This document shows, piece by piece, positions 38,479 to 49,674 of a DNA stretch of 64,000 nt. Within the stretch, counting starts at the first letter, position 1. Each line of letters starts with the position of its first letter. This stretch comes from Hormiphora californensis (Eukaryota; Animalia; Ctenophora). Location of the stretch: contig CM035351.1 in the NCBI GenBank assembly GCA_020137815.1, forward strand, positions 1,984,001-2,048,000, written 5' to 3'. A model generated the notes under the pieces. The model did no database searches. It was not told the origin of the DNA and worked only from the letters and a program-made list of their open reading frames with translations. Made by a program: the position numbers and the translations under genes.

Positions 38479-39973
38479 ATGTATTATAGGGACCAGGAAA
38501 ACCAGGATGATATTGAGGACCAATGCGAACGGGGAATTGATCGTGGAATTGATAATCATGATAATAAAGAAAAAAAAGCTACTGGTTTAGATAGTTGCGA
38601 AGTCGACTGCCAACCCGACAGTTCCCAACACTTCGCAAGTTGGGAGAGCCAATATTCCGAGCGATCTTTGTCAATTCCTAATGTTAAACTCCCTGAACAT
38701 CTCCAGTTTATAAAACTGATAGGAAAGGGTGCGTTTGCAAAAGTGTATCACTGCGTTAACAAGGAATCTGGACGAGATCTGGCTGTGAAACAAGTCGAAT
38801 GCCTTCCTGACAGTACGGAAACCAACAAAGAACTAAAAGCCCTCGAGCTCGAGTTGGATATTTTGAAGCAGCTAAAACATCCCAACATTGTGGTATATCT
38901 GGGTTCTTGTAGTGAACCGGGAGTTTTCAGCATCTTCATGGAGTTTGTAATGGGTGGATCACTCCATTCTTACATCCAATCAAGTGGTCCACTTTCTATC
39001 GCCTTCGCCAAGAATTGTCTTTATGATATGCTGCAAGGGCTGTCTTACCTCCATTCGAAGAGTGTGATTCATAGGGATCTGAAAGCGGCAAACGTCCTTA
39101 AAACTCCCGAGGGTCGGTTGAAAATAGCAGATTTTGGTCTCGCTAAAAGATTTGAGCTTTTGTCATCTAACTTCTCAGTTGTGGGCACTCCTCATTGGAT
39201 GGCACCAGAAACAATCATGGCTAAAGGTAAGACACGTTTGATTAAATTCCTCTATTTGTCCACGATCACCTCTACCTGCACTTCGCTACTCATTCTAAAT
39301 CGATCCTCTCCTTTAAAGGTTGACAAGATACCTAAAACTTTTCGTTAATCCTATTTTTTCGATTTATCAGGAGCATTTTTTCAGATTTTTTTGTCGATTA
39401 GAAAAATATTCAAAACAGGGCGCTTTCCAGCGCCGCGTATCACTTCTTTAGTTGTTTGGCTGCTGAAAAAGTATAGTGCTGCTGAAATCTACACTGGAAT
39501 ATACTTTTTCAGTAGCCAAACAACTAAAGAAGTGCGGTGCGGCGCTGGAAAGCGCCCTGTTTTGAATATTTTTCTACACGACAAAAAAATTTGAAAAAAT
39601 GCTTAAAACTCCTGACGAATCGAAAAAATACGATTAACGAAAAGTTTTAGGTGTCTTGTCAACCTTTAACCCTTATTCAGATTGTACAGAAAAGGTTGAT
39701 GTTTGGGGGATAGGGGTAACTGCCATCGAATTCCTCACCGGGAAACCACCACTGCACAAATACAATGTTGGAGCTGCCGTGTATAGCATAGCTAATGAGC
39801 CACTGGAAACGAAAGTTAATCTGCCAGAAAATGTTCCCAGTTGGCTAAAATCGTTAATCTGGAGTTGCGTAGAGATGGAATACAGCAAGCGACCTTCAGT
39901 CGAAGAGTTATTATTACATGAAGTTTTTAGGGAATATAGAGTAGAAAGGGGCAATTCGACAGGGTGGAAATAA
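38479..39973 (+). CDS. MAP3K2/3-like kinase, copy 2 (no PB1); intron 39227-39680; start uncertain
   Basis: Complete kinase motifs GKGAFAKV, HRDLKAAN, DFG, GTPHWMAPE, DVWGIG and KRPS. Confidence 0.85.
39317..39665. mobile_element. Fully palindromic 349-bp MITE with TTAA target duplication (Kolobok-like AG..CT ends)
   Basis: TTAA|AGGTTGACAAGA...TCTTGTCAACCT|TTAA; the two arms pair over almost the entire length. Confidence 0.9.
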
Positions 39974-41739
39974 TGGCGGCAGCGCTTAGGGCAATTCGGC
40001 ATGTGTAACTGTATCTGATTTCTTCGTAAAACATAAAGGACACTAAAAACAGCCATAGTTACGAAAAAAGACTAAATTAAGGCGTACTTAGAGAGTGAGG
40101 GAATGAGAGAGATGCAGGGATAACTGAAAAGATTACTGTAAAGGTATCGATGAAAGGAAGAGAGACTTCGTAATACCTGGTTGCAAACAGTGTAAGCGGG
40201 CCACCTTTCCCGCCAACTAATTTCCCTTATTTTATCCCTGCCCAGGCGCTGCCGAAGGCAGCCCCTGATTTGATACTAGCACGCACGTGTTAACTGCTAA
40301 AAGATAAAATAGCAGAGTTTAGAAATCAGCAATAAATGTCCGACCATATTATAAACGCATAACGACGCTCCTTCATCAAATCAATTAACTATGATAATCT
40401 CTATTATAGTTGGATTTATGTCGCGTCGAAGTCGAAGCCGTTGATTCAGCGGTATCTACGCGACAGACTGCTCCTTCATAACACACTATGTGTCCAAAGC
40501 TATGTGACTAATACACCTACAACTGCATCGTATGACCAAGCCTTGATATCTTGATACTGATTTTGTTAACGCATGTAGAAGCCGAAGGACGGGGAACTCC
40601 GCATTTGCATTATGAATTCATAATGTGATTATCCATATTTTTTTACTTGTTTTAACCTTTCTTATCTTTTTATTGTGCTTTATAGACCGTTTTTATCTAA
40701 AATATTATGGACGATTTGTATGTGTATAAAAAGTTTATTGTTTATGTAAAAATCTGATGATGCTTCACTAGAATGCCCGTTGAAGAAATCCTTCGCATTG
40801 AAGAGTAGGCATTCATCCCACCGGAAACACAGTAATGAGATGCGCACTTTGCATAACGTGCGGCAAAAGTGCATGTGTTCAGCACGTACTAGCGCCCTGA
40901 TTGGCCACGGTTGCGCGTCGTCTTGCTGTATCTCCGTTTTCCATTACCGTTTTCCCACTACAAGCGAACGTGTTAGTGTTCTATTGGGTCAACTTCAACG
41001 GGCTTTATAACAGTTTAAAGTTTGACACGAACTCCGAAGATGCATGTATGTACTATGCGAATGAATTAACTCCTTACCAAAAGAACCGTGTTTAAATGGT
41101 AATTGGTATCCCCCTTCCCCATCCGGCCCCCCCGGGGGGGGGAAAAAAAAGCCCCGGGAGAAAAAAAAAAACCCCCCCCAAAAAAGGGGGGGGGGAGAAA
41201 AGGGAGGAGGAAAAGGAGGAGAGAGAGGGGAGGAGAAGGAGAAGGGGACAAGGAGAAAGAGAGGGCTTCCATTTTTCTTTTTCTCTCTTTCTCTCCCTTT
41301 TCTTTCTCTCCTCCTCTCTCTCCTTCTCCTTCTCCTCTCTCTCTCCCTCTCTCTCCTCTCTCTTCTCCCTTTCCCCTCCCCTCCTTCTCTTCTTCTCTCC
41401 CTCTTTTTCTTCTCTCTTTCCCCCCTGCCCAAAACCCTTAAATCCCCCCCTTTAGCCGTTCCCGAGCGAAATTGAGGAGGGACGGTCTAAGAGTCTTTCC
41501 CAAAACTGGTATCGGAGGGATCGGGGGAGGGCCCGGCAAAACGGCGGAAAAATTTCTGGGGAAAAGGGGGGGGAGGGAACTTTTAACGGGTTTTTTAGGA
41601 TTTTTGAGATGTTGGCAGGAGCGCTTTGTTTTGCTTCAAAAGTCGGGGTTTAGACAGCCAAAACGTTTCCAAACAGCGGGAAAATGAGCGAAAGGGTTTA
41701 TTCTTTTCCCCTGATCATTCATAAAGTAAAAACAATTTT

Positions 41740-43285
41740 ATGGAAGGGTGGGGGTTTGGCTTTTCCAAAAAGGTACCATTTGGCAGTGGGGACAAGGAAT
41801 CTGGACGAGATCTGGCTGTGAAAGAAATGGAATACGATCCTGAATTTAGGCAAACAACTAAAGAACTAAAAGCCCTGGAACTTGAGGTGGATATTTTGAA
41901 GCAGCTAAAACATCCCAATATTGTAGTTTATCTGGGTTCATGTAGCGAACCGGGAGTTTTCAGCATCTTTATGGAGTTTGTAATGGGTGGATCACTCCAA
42001 TCTTACATCCAATCAAATGGTCCACTCTCTATTTCCTTTACCAAGAGATGCCTTTATGACATGCTGAAAGGATTGTCCTACCTTCATTCAAATAATGTGC
42101 TTCATAGAGATCTAAAAGCAGCAAACGTCCTCAAAACACGCGAGGGTCGGGTAAAATTAGCAGATTTTGGTGTTGCCAAGAGATTTGAGCTGTTGTCAAC
42201 TAACGCCTCGATCTCAAAGGTGGGGACTCCCAATTTTATGGCGCCAGAAACGATTAAGCAAACAGGTAAGATTGACTGACAAGATACCAAATTTCTAAAA
42301 CGGAAAACCTTCCCCATTGGTATTTCCCAATCATAAATGAATTCAGTGGTACAGGGTGTTCATATGGGATCTTTACAAGCGTTGGGCTTCACCCAGAAAA
42401 AAGTTGACAAAATTAGGTCATGGAATTTCATACTTGGACTATTCTATACCCTCATTCAAGGTTCCTGGGGGTTTTGGAGTTCTAGCACCCCGGAAGTGTG
42501 TTTTTGGCATCAAAACTACCAGAAGGAATTTTTTGCTGGTGCTGAGACTTGCTGGAAAGGCTCGAAAACGGCTGAAAAACGGTAAAAACTTTTTACGAAA
42601 TTTTGAGTCCAAAAAACACATCCAATCTCCATGAAACTTTGGGATTGACATAGAAAATACCAAAAAACATTTTAGCAGCACCAGCAAAAAATTCCTTCTG
42701 GTAGTTTTGATGCCCAAAAACACACTTCAGGGGGTGCTAGAACTCCTAATTTTGTCAACTTTTTTCTGGGTGAAGCCCAACGCTTGTAAAGATCCCATAT
42801 AAACACCCTGTATGAAGAGTGTATACCGGCGGCCTCTATAGAAAAAAACTCGGGGGTTGGTTACTGTTTCGGCGTCAACGCCTTTGTCAGAACTCAAATT
42901 GATTTGTAGTAGTGTTGAAAAGGTTGAAAAACCGGTATACACTCTTCATACTACTGATCATAATGCGCCTCATAAAACCTTGGCCACTCCAATCCCTACT
43001 AAATGAATTCCTCCATTCATTACTCCAGGTTGCTCGGAAAAGGTTGATGTTTGGGGGATCGGGGTAACTGCCATTGAATTCCTCACCGGGAATCCACCGC
43101 TCCACGGTTTGGAGTCATTTGCCGCCATGTTTAGCATAGCTACGAGGCCACTGAAATCAAAAGTTGTACTACCTGAAAGTGTTCCCAGTGGGTTAAAGTC
43201 ATTAATATGGAGTTGTATAGAAAACGACAGTAGCGAGCGGCCTTCAGTAGAAGAGCTATTATTGCATGAAGTTTTTAGGGAGTAA
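41740..43285 (+). CDS. MAP3K2/3-like kinase, copy 3; intron 42266-43028; 5' end garbled
   Basis: GRDLAVK, HRDLKAAN, DFG and GTPNFMAPE; last exon DVWGIG...HEVFRE*. Confidence 0.8.
42352..42810. mobile_element. Tc1/mariner-type MITE with TA target site
   Basis: TA|CAGGGTGTTCATATGGGATCTTTACAAGCG...CGCTTGTAAAGATCCCATATAAACACCCTG|TA, TIRs ~65 bp. Confidence 0.9.
42813..42948. mobile_element. 136-bp MITE sharing a TA with the preceding element
   Basis: TA|TGAAGAGTGTATACCGG...CCGGTATACACTCTTCA|TA. Confidence 0.8.
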
Positions 43286-44693
43286 ATTTTAAAACTAAAA
43301 GAAGGGGTTAGAAAAAAGGGTCAGAAAGGGGCAATTCTATAGGGTGGGAATAATAGCGGCAGCGCTTAGGGCAAATCGGCATATGTATTATGTAACTGTA
43401 GTTGATTTCTTCGTAAAACATAAAGGACACTAAAAACAGCCATAGTTACAAAAAAGACTAAATTAAGGCCGTACTAGAGAGTGAGGTAATAATAAGGGAT
43501 AATAATAAGGGATAACTGAAAATATCACTGTAAAGATATCTATGAAAGGAAGAGAGACTTCGTTGATACCCGTTTGCAGACTGAGTAAGCGGGCCACCTT
43601 TCCCGCCAACTAATTTCCATTATTTTTTCCCTCCCCAGGTGCTGCCGAAGGCAGCCCCTGATTTGATGCTAGAACGCACGTGCTAGCTGCTAGAAGATAA
43701 AAGATAAAATAGCAGGGTTTAGAAATCAGCAATAAATGTCCATCCATATATGTACGCCTAACGACGCTCCTTCATCAAATCAATTTACAATTATTCTTAT
43801 GAAATATGATCTTATGATGAATTTTTTTCTGTGCGTGGTGCTCACCATAACATAAAGTACAACGCCACACAAAAGCCATTCGGCGAAGCGTGTTACGTAA
43901 ATTTTAAAGCTCTTTAGTAAGTTTGAGTTAGCTATGTGACAAATGCACTTACAACTGCATCGTATGCATCTGACATATTAGCCTTAATATCGTGATACTG
44001 ATTCTGTTAACGTATGTAGAAGCCGAAGGACGGGGAACTCCGCATTTGCATTATGAATTCATAATGTGATTATCCATATTTTTACTTATTTTAACCTTTC
44101 TTATCTTTTTATTGTGCTTTTATACAGACCGTATTTATCTAAAATATTATGGACGATGTGTATGTGTATAAAAAGTTTATTGTTTATGTAAAAATCTGAT
44201 GATGCTTCACTAGAATGCCCGTTGAAGAAATCCTTCGCATTGAAGAGAAAGCATTCATCCCACCGTGCCTATCCATACGTTGTTATCATCCTTCGTTGTA
44301 ACTTGTACTGAAGAACATGGGGATTGTTAGTGCAGTCGGACCCCGATTTATGAACAAATTTCCCCCGATTTACCGGGTAAACCTTAGTGTTGTATTGGGT
44401 CAACTTCAACGGGCTACCTAGTGATTTTATAACAGTTTAAAGTTTGACACGAACTCCGAAGATGCATGTATGCGAATGAATTAACTCCTTACCAAATAAA
44501 CCGTGTTTAAATGTTAATTGGTATCCCTATCTCTCCCTAATCCCAGGTCCCCTCTTTCTCCCCCAGCCCCCTCTCTATCTCCCTCTCCCAGCCCCCTCTA
44601 TCTCCCTACCCAGCCATCTCTCCTCACTCTCTCCCACTCCCTCTCTATCTCCCCACTCTCTCCCTCTCCCTCACTAATTGATCATTCCGTAGA

Positions 44694-45632
44694 ATGCCAC
44701 CACAGAAGCGATCCAAGGCTTACTACGTTCAGAGTGCCAAACGGCCCAAATCACACGGCGTTGGTAAGAGTCTGGAGGCTCTGAAGCAGAGCACCCCTGG
44801 AGTGATAGTTACCGCTAACTTTCTGAAGGGTGGCTGCAAGAGGGAGGTTCTCCAGCTGTTGAAAGAGTTCAGCGGTGTTGGTAGTAACCATAGCAACAAG
44901 AAAAGCACCTCTGATGACGTCACTGATGAGATAGCGGCTGAGATAGCGGAACTGAAAAAGGAGCGAATTATTTTTGATAAAATCGACCTATCCAACAACA
45001 TGATGTTCGTGGCAGTCCGGGATCAGGAGATCAACCCGACTACCCTGGTCCACCAGATAATGACTAGCCTGAAGGACAAGAAACAACGCCGCACTCGATT
45101 TACCCAGAAGATCCAGCCCGTAGCCCACACCTGTTACGCCTCCGTAGAGGATATCACGAAGGTTGCTCAAACTATGTTGGAGGGAGTGTTTTATAACGAC
45201 ACCCCTAAAACATTCTCTATCGTATACAAGGCCCGGAATAACAACTCTCTGAATCGTGATGACGTCATTAAAGCCGTAGCAACGGTTGCCACGGACAACG
45301 ATAAATGGAAGGACTCTGTCAAGGTTCACCTGGACAACCCTGAGTGGGCCATAACGGTGGATGTGTTCCAGAGTGTGGCATTCCTGGGGCTGTTACCTGA
45401 TTATGTGCTGTTAGCCAAGTACAATGTGGATAATCTGACAGCTGAGTGGATGAAGAAGGACGAGGAAAAGGAGGGAGAGAAAGAGGGAGAAAATGTGGTT
45501 GCTCCTGCTGAAGAAGAAAATGTGAAACCATCTACAGAAGAGAAGAAGGACACGCCATCCAAGGAGGATGTCCCGGAGAAGAATGTGGCGGCAACAGATC
45601 CTTCTTCTAACACCGTTTTATCTGAATCTTAA
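44694..45632 (+). CDS. THUMPD1: THUMP domain-containing protein 1 (Tan1-like tRNA acetylation adaptor), single exon
   Basis: PGVIVT, RTRFTQKIQPV, TFSIVYKARNN, KVHLDNPE and KYNV motifs; acidic tail. Confidence 0.9.
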   Translation: MPPQKRSKAYYVQSAKRPKSHGVGKSLEALKQSTPGVIVTANFLKGGCKREVLQLLKEFSGVGSNHSNKKSTSDDVTDEIAAEIAELKKERIIFDKIDLSNNMMFVAVRDQEINPTTLVHQIMTSLKDKKQRRTRFTQKIQPVAHTCYASVEDITKVAQTMLEGVFYNDTPKTFSIVYKARNNNSLNRDDVIKAVATVATDNDKWKDSVKVHLDNPEWAITVDVFQSVAFLGLLPDYVLLAKYNVDNLTAEWMKKDEEKEGEKEGENVVAPAEEENVKPSTEEKKDTPSKEDVPEKNVAATDPSSNTVLSES

Positions 45633-45831
45633 TTTATTTTAATTTAACACTTTTCAAGAAGAGATGAGTTTGTGTAGTTTTATTTGACGTTGTATCCACA
45701 CTCTCTCTTGATCACGCACTGTGCTAGACGGAAACATTGTTCTATTTGTGGTAAATAAACAACTGAACAAGCAGACTTTCTCTTTCAGCATTGTTTGCCA
45801 TCTCTCTCTCTCTCACTCTCACACTCTCTCA

Positions 45832-45878
<47 letters not shown>

Positions 45879-45901
45879 CCCAGGGAAGGTAGACACAACT
45901 A

Positions 45902-46178
45902 ATGGTTAACGACGCCAACTCCGCAGGTAGTGCCAGCCAAACTTTATACACATCACAAAATAGAAATGTCCCACATTTGGGTAAAAACCCCAAATTTTTC
46001 CGCAATTTCCTTTCACACTAACCTCAATCAAAACCATTTTTCAGTTTTGCACAGAGAGGCTGAAGTAGAAACGCTCCAGTACCTAATTAAATCCCGACCT
46101 CCCCTTTCATTTGTGACGGGTACACCGGGATGTGGGAAAACGTTCACTCTTACACGGACTCTCTCCAATCTTGGTATG

Positions 46179-46276
<98 letters not shown>

Positions 46277-46344
46277 TCTCTCTGACTCTCTCTGACTCTC
46301 TCTTTCTCTCTCTCTCGCTCTCTCTCTCCCTCCCTCTCTCTCTC

Positions 46345-46415
<71 letters not shown>

Positions 46416-48783
46416 TCTTATCTTTTTTCTCTTTTCTTTTTTTGGTATCCAAAGCACAAGCGTTGATTTCCCTTCCTATTTGTTTTGCTCGTTACCAGCT
46501 TCCAAGCAAGCCTTCAAACACCCTTTAAAATAAAATAGCTATTTCTCCCCTTACCTTTTTTAGAAAACGTTGCCCTGGTGGACATGCGGGGAATTCTGAA
46601 ACCCACCGGGTTCTACCATCTAGTCCTCTCCAAGTTTGGGTGTACCACCACAACCCCAGATTCTGTAGCAGAGTTTGTCCGTGTCTTAAACTCCGTCCTA
46701 CCATCATCAGCGGGAAATGTCCTTGTGCTTCTGGGATGTGAGTTGTTGTGTGAGCTAAGCCGGTATCTTATATGCTCTGTATCGAGACTGGGAGAGCTGA
46801 CTGGAGATAAGGTAATGGTGGTGAACGAGTGGTAGGGGTTATACTGCTTGTAGTGAAGGGTTAGGATAACGTTTTGGGGTCAGGGGTGTAAGTATAGAAA
46901 CCTTGGGCGGGGTGGGTTTTGAAAGATAAAGTTGCACTCATGTGTGTGCATGATATCACTGCATTTCTCTTATACTTTTGGAGAAATCAGTACGTAATTT
47001 CCCTACTGTCCTTTTTTAGAAATCAAAACATTTATCTGGATACCTGGAACTAGCAACATGAAATCATTTATTGGGTTGTTGTTGTTGTTTTTATTGGGTT
47101 ATCTAACTATATCTAATGCAAATTTGCACGGAAATGTGACACCCTATCGTCAATGTGACGACTTGATCCGTCAATGTGACGACGCGATCCGTCAATGTGA
47201 CGACGTGATCCGTCAATGTGACGATGTGATTCGTAGGCATCACGTATCACAAGTTCTTCAGAACTGCTTGCGAATTAGAGGGGTCACATCACATACATAA
47301 AAGGGAGAGAAAGAGAGAAAGTAAAAGAGAGGGATCACATCACAAGGTAGCTCGCTTAGCTACTTGGTCTGTATGGCGGCGCCCATACCCCAATTTGATT
47401 CTCAGTGCGCTCAGATGGGGTCGGCGGCGCCAGACAGGTCTATCACCAGGACTTTCTGGGGGAGAGAGAGACAAAGAAAGAGACATACAGAGAGACAGAA
47501 AGAGAGAGACAGAGAGATAGAGATACATAGCAGCAGACAGACAGGCAGGCAGAGAGAGGAAGAGAGAAAAAGATAGAAACAGGTCCCTCGATTTGCGATC
47601 GGTACGATCGCCCCAGTTTTGCTAGTATAATTAATTGTTTTAATTGATCTTTTTCATTCTACCACTTTTTTTCCTCACTCCCAGATGTCGGTTATTCTGG
47701 TATCCAGTAGTCCATGGCAGCTCCTGGCTCCCTCAGACCGGACTCTCCCACCGCCCGTTACCCTCCACTTCCAACCCTATACCCGGAGTGAACTGATAGG
47801 GATCATCACTGACCATACCCTCCGGTCCCACTTGGATACATGCCAAGAGTTGGAGCTGTCTGACCGAGACGTAACGGGATTTGTGAGGTCCTGCATAGTG
47901 GATACCCTCTCACAATACACCAGCTCCCTAAGAGTGAGTCTTGTTTGTTTGTTTGTTTGTTTGTTTGTTTGTTTGTTTGTTTGTTTGTTTGTCTGTCTGT
48001 TTGTTTGTTTGTTTGTTTTTTTGTTTGTTTGTTTGTTTGTTTGTTTGTTTGTTTGTTTGTTTGTTTGTTTGTTTGTTTGTTTGTTTGTTTGTTTGTTTGA
48101 TATTTGCAGAAGTCTGAAAGCCGAAACTGTCCAGTTACTTTCAAATTTCAATGTTTCCAGGAAATGATCCAGACGGCACATCAAATGTTCTCCCGTTACT
48201 TCCAACCCGTTGCCGAGGGAACCCTAGCTCCCTCGGACTCCATAAAACTCTTCCAACGAGTCCAGGGTGAGCTAGTGGAAGTGGCGGGCAAGTTGAGCCG
48301 GGTACCTGGATTTCGGACCACTCTGGAGCTCCCCTATACCTCCAGAGTGTTGCTAATGGCTGCATTCCTGGCGTCACATAATCCTGCAAGACTGGATAAG
48401 CGGTTCTTTTGTAAGGGGAAATCCTCTCGTCGGAAGGTTAAGACGAGGAAAGGAGGCGCGAAGGAGGGGATGAAGGGTCCTAAATCTTTTCCTCTCGAGA
48501 GATTGGTAGCGATCTACTCGTCAATTACCCAGGTATGTAATCATCATTAATTTTCTTGGTACTATTTTAATTTTTTAACGATTTCCACTTTCAGGATAGT
48601 TCGATTCCCTGTTCAGATGTCATGGGATCTCTCTCCTCCCTAACAACCCTCAACCTAGTCGCGAGGAGCAGTGTAGACCTCCTAGAACAACCTAAATTCA
48701 AGTGTCTAGTCAACTTGGCTACCGTGACAGCGTTGGCAAAGGAAACGGGTGTTGATTTTGATAGGTTTTACTATAACTATTGA
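45902..48783 (+). CDS. ORC5: Origin recognition complex subunit 5, about 6 exons
   Basis: HREAEV, Walker A GTPGCGKT, LHFQPYT, LELPYTSRVLLMAAFLASHNPARLDKRFF, GPKSFPLERL and PKFKC motifs. Confidence 0.9.
47165..47235. repeat. 21-bp tandem repeat, about 3.5 copies, in an ORC5 intron
   Basis: ccgtcaatgtgacgacgtgat units. Confidence 0.85.
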
Positions 48784-48811
48784 CAATGGGAGAGAGTTAG
48801 GAATTTATGTA

Positions 48812-49536
48812 GGGTAGAAAGGGGTAAAATGGCACACGGGGTAAAATGGCACATGTATGGGGTAAAATGGTCCTAGTTATTACATGTAGTCACGTGACTT
48901 TTTCTCCAGCGGAGACCTGCTCGTTCTGTTCCGAATTTTTGCTTTAAAACTGCTGTAATTTCTGTTTGAGTTGGCCGATTTTAATTTTGCAAAAACTGCC
49001 AGTTAGGGTTTTTATCCTTCTAAAACTTGGTATAAAAATTTTTCAAAAAACCCACTATTAAGTTGATTAAATTGTCAAATTAGTCAAACTGGGGTAAAAT
49101 GGTTCACCCTCGCTGGGGTAAAATGGTTCACCCTGGGACCAATCAAATCGAGCCTCCAATACCACGTGATACCAACTGGGGTAAAATGGTCCAGCACACT
49201 GGGGTAAAATGGTCCAGCAGAACAGAAATTACTGAAGATAACATGGACCATTTTACCCCAGTGCTCTAACAACACCAGGCACGTGATAAAAATCGAGCAA
49301 TGCTATTGGCTGGACCATTTTACCCCAGTGCAAAATTTCCAAAAAAAGCCCTACCAAACTTTTTGAATTGATTAATTAAGCTATTAAATAAAACTTTCAG
49401 ATTTTAAAATTTAGCTCGTCTGAAAGGAAAACGTTTCATTGGATAGCCTATATAATTTTTTTTCTTCTTGCTGTATAAATTGAGTATTTTAGAACCTAAA
49501 ACGTTAGAAAGTGTGCCATTTTACCCCTTTCTACCC
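48812..49536. mobile_element. TA-flanked MITE with ggggtaaaatgg subrepeats (pogo/mariner-like)
   Basis: TA|GGGTAGAAAGGGGTAAAATGGCACAC...GTGTGCCATTTTACCCCTTTCTACCC|TA. Confidence 0.9.
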
Positions 49537-49674
49537 TATTTGTGCTATTTGACTACTTGCTACTTTTTAATTTCAGATATGTTCAGTATAAAATTACAAA
49601 AACAATCATTAGTTTTATGAGTTAATGTTTAGCTAATTAATTAATTAACAACCGCTAATTATAGGTTGTTTGTC

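Larger units (their letters stand above)
39945..44530 (+). repeat. Tandem segmental duplication: spacer 39945-41110 is repeated at 43325-44530
   Basis: Long near-identical blocks, e.g. ggcagcgcttagggcaa, gcgggccacctt, ggggaactccgcatttgcattatgaattc and gtttgacacgaactccgaagatgc. Confidence 0.9.

Noticed and set aside
44150-44330. Possible minus-strand terminal exon (acceptor ~44308, AATAAA downstream)
   Set aside because: Only ~16 codons, no recognisable homology and no supportable upstream exons.
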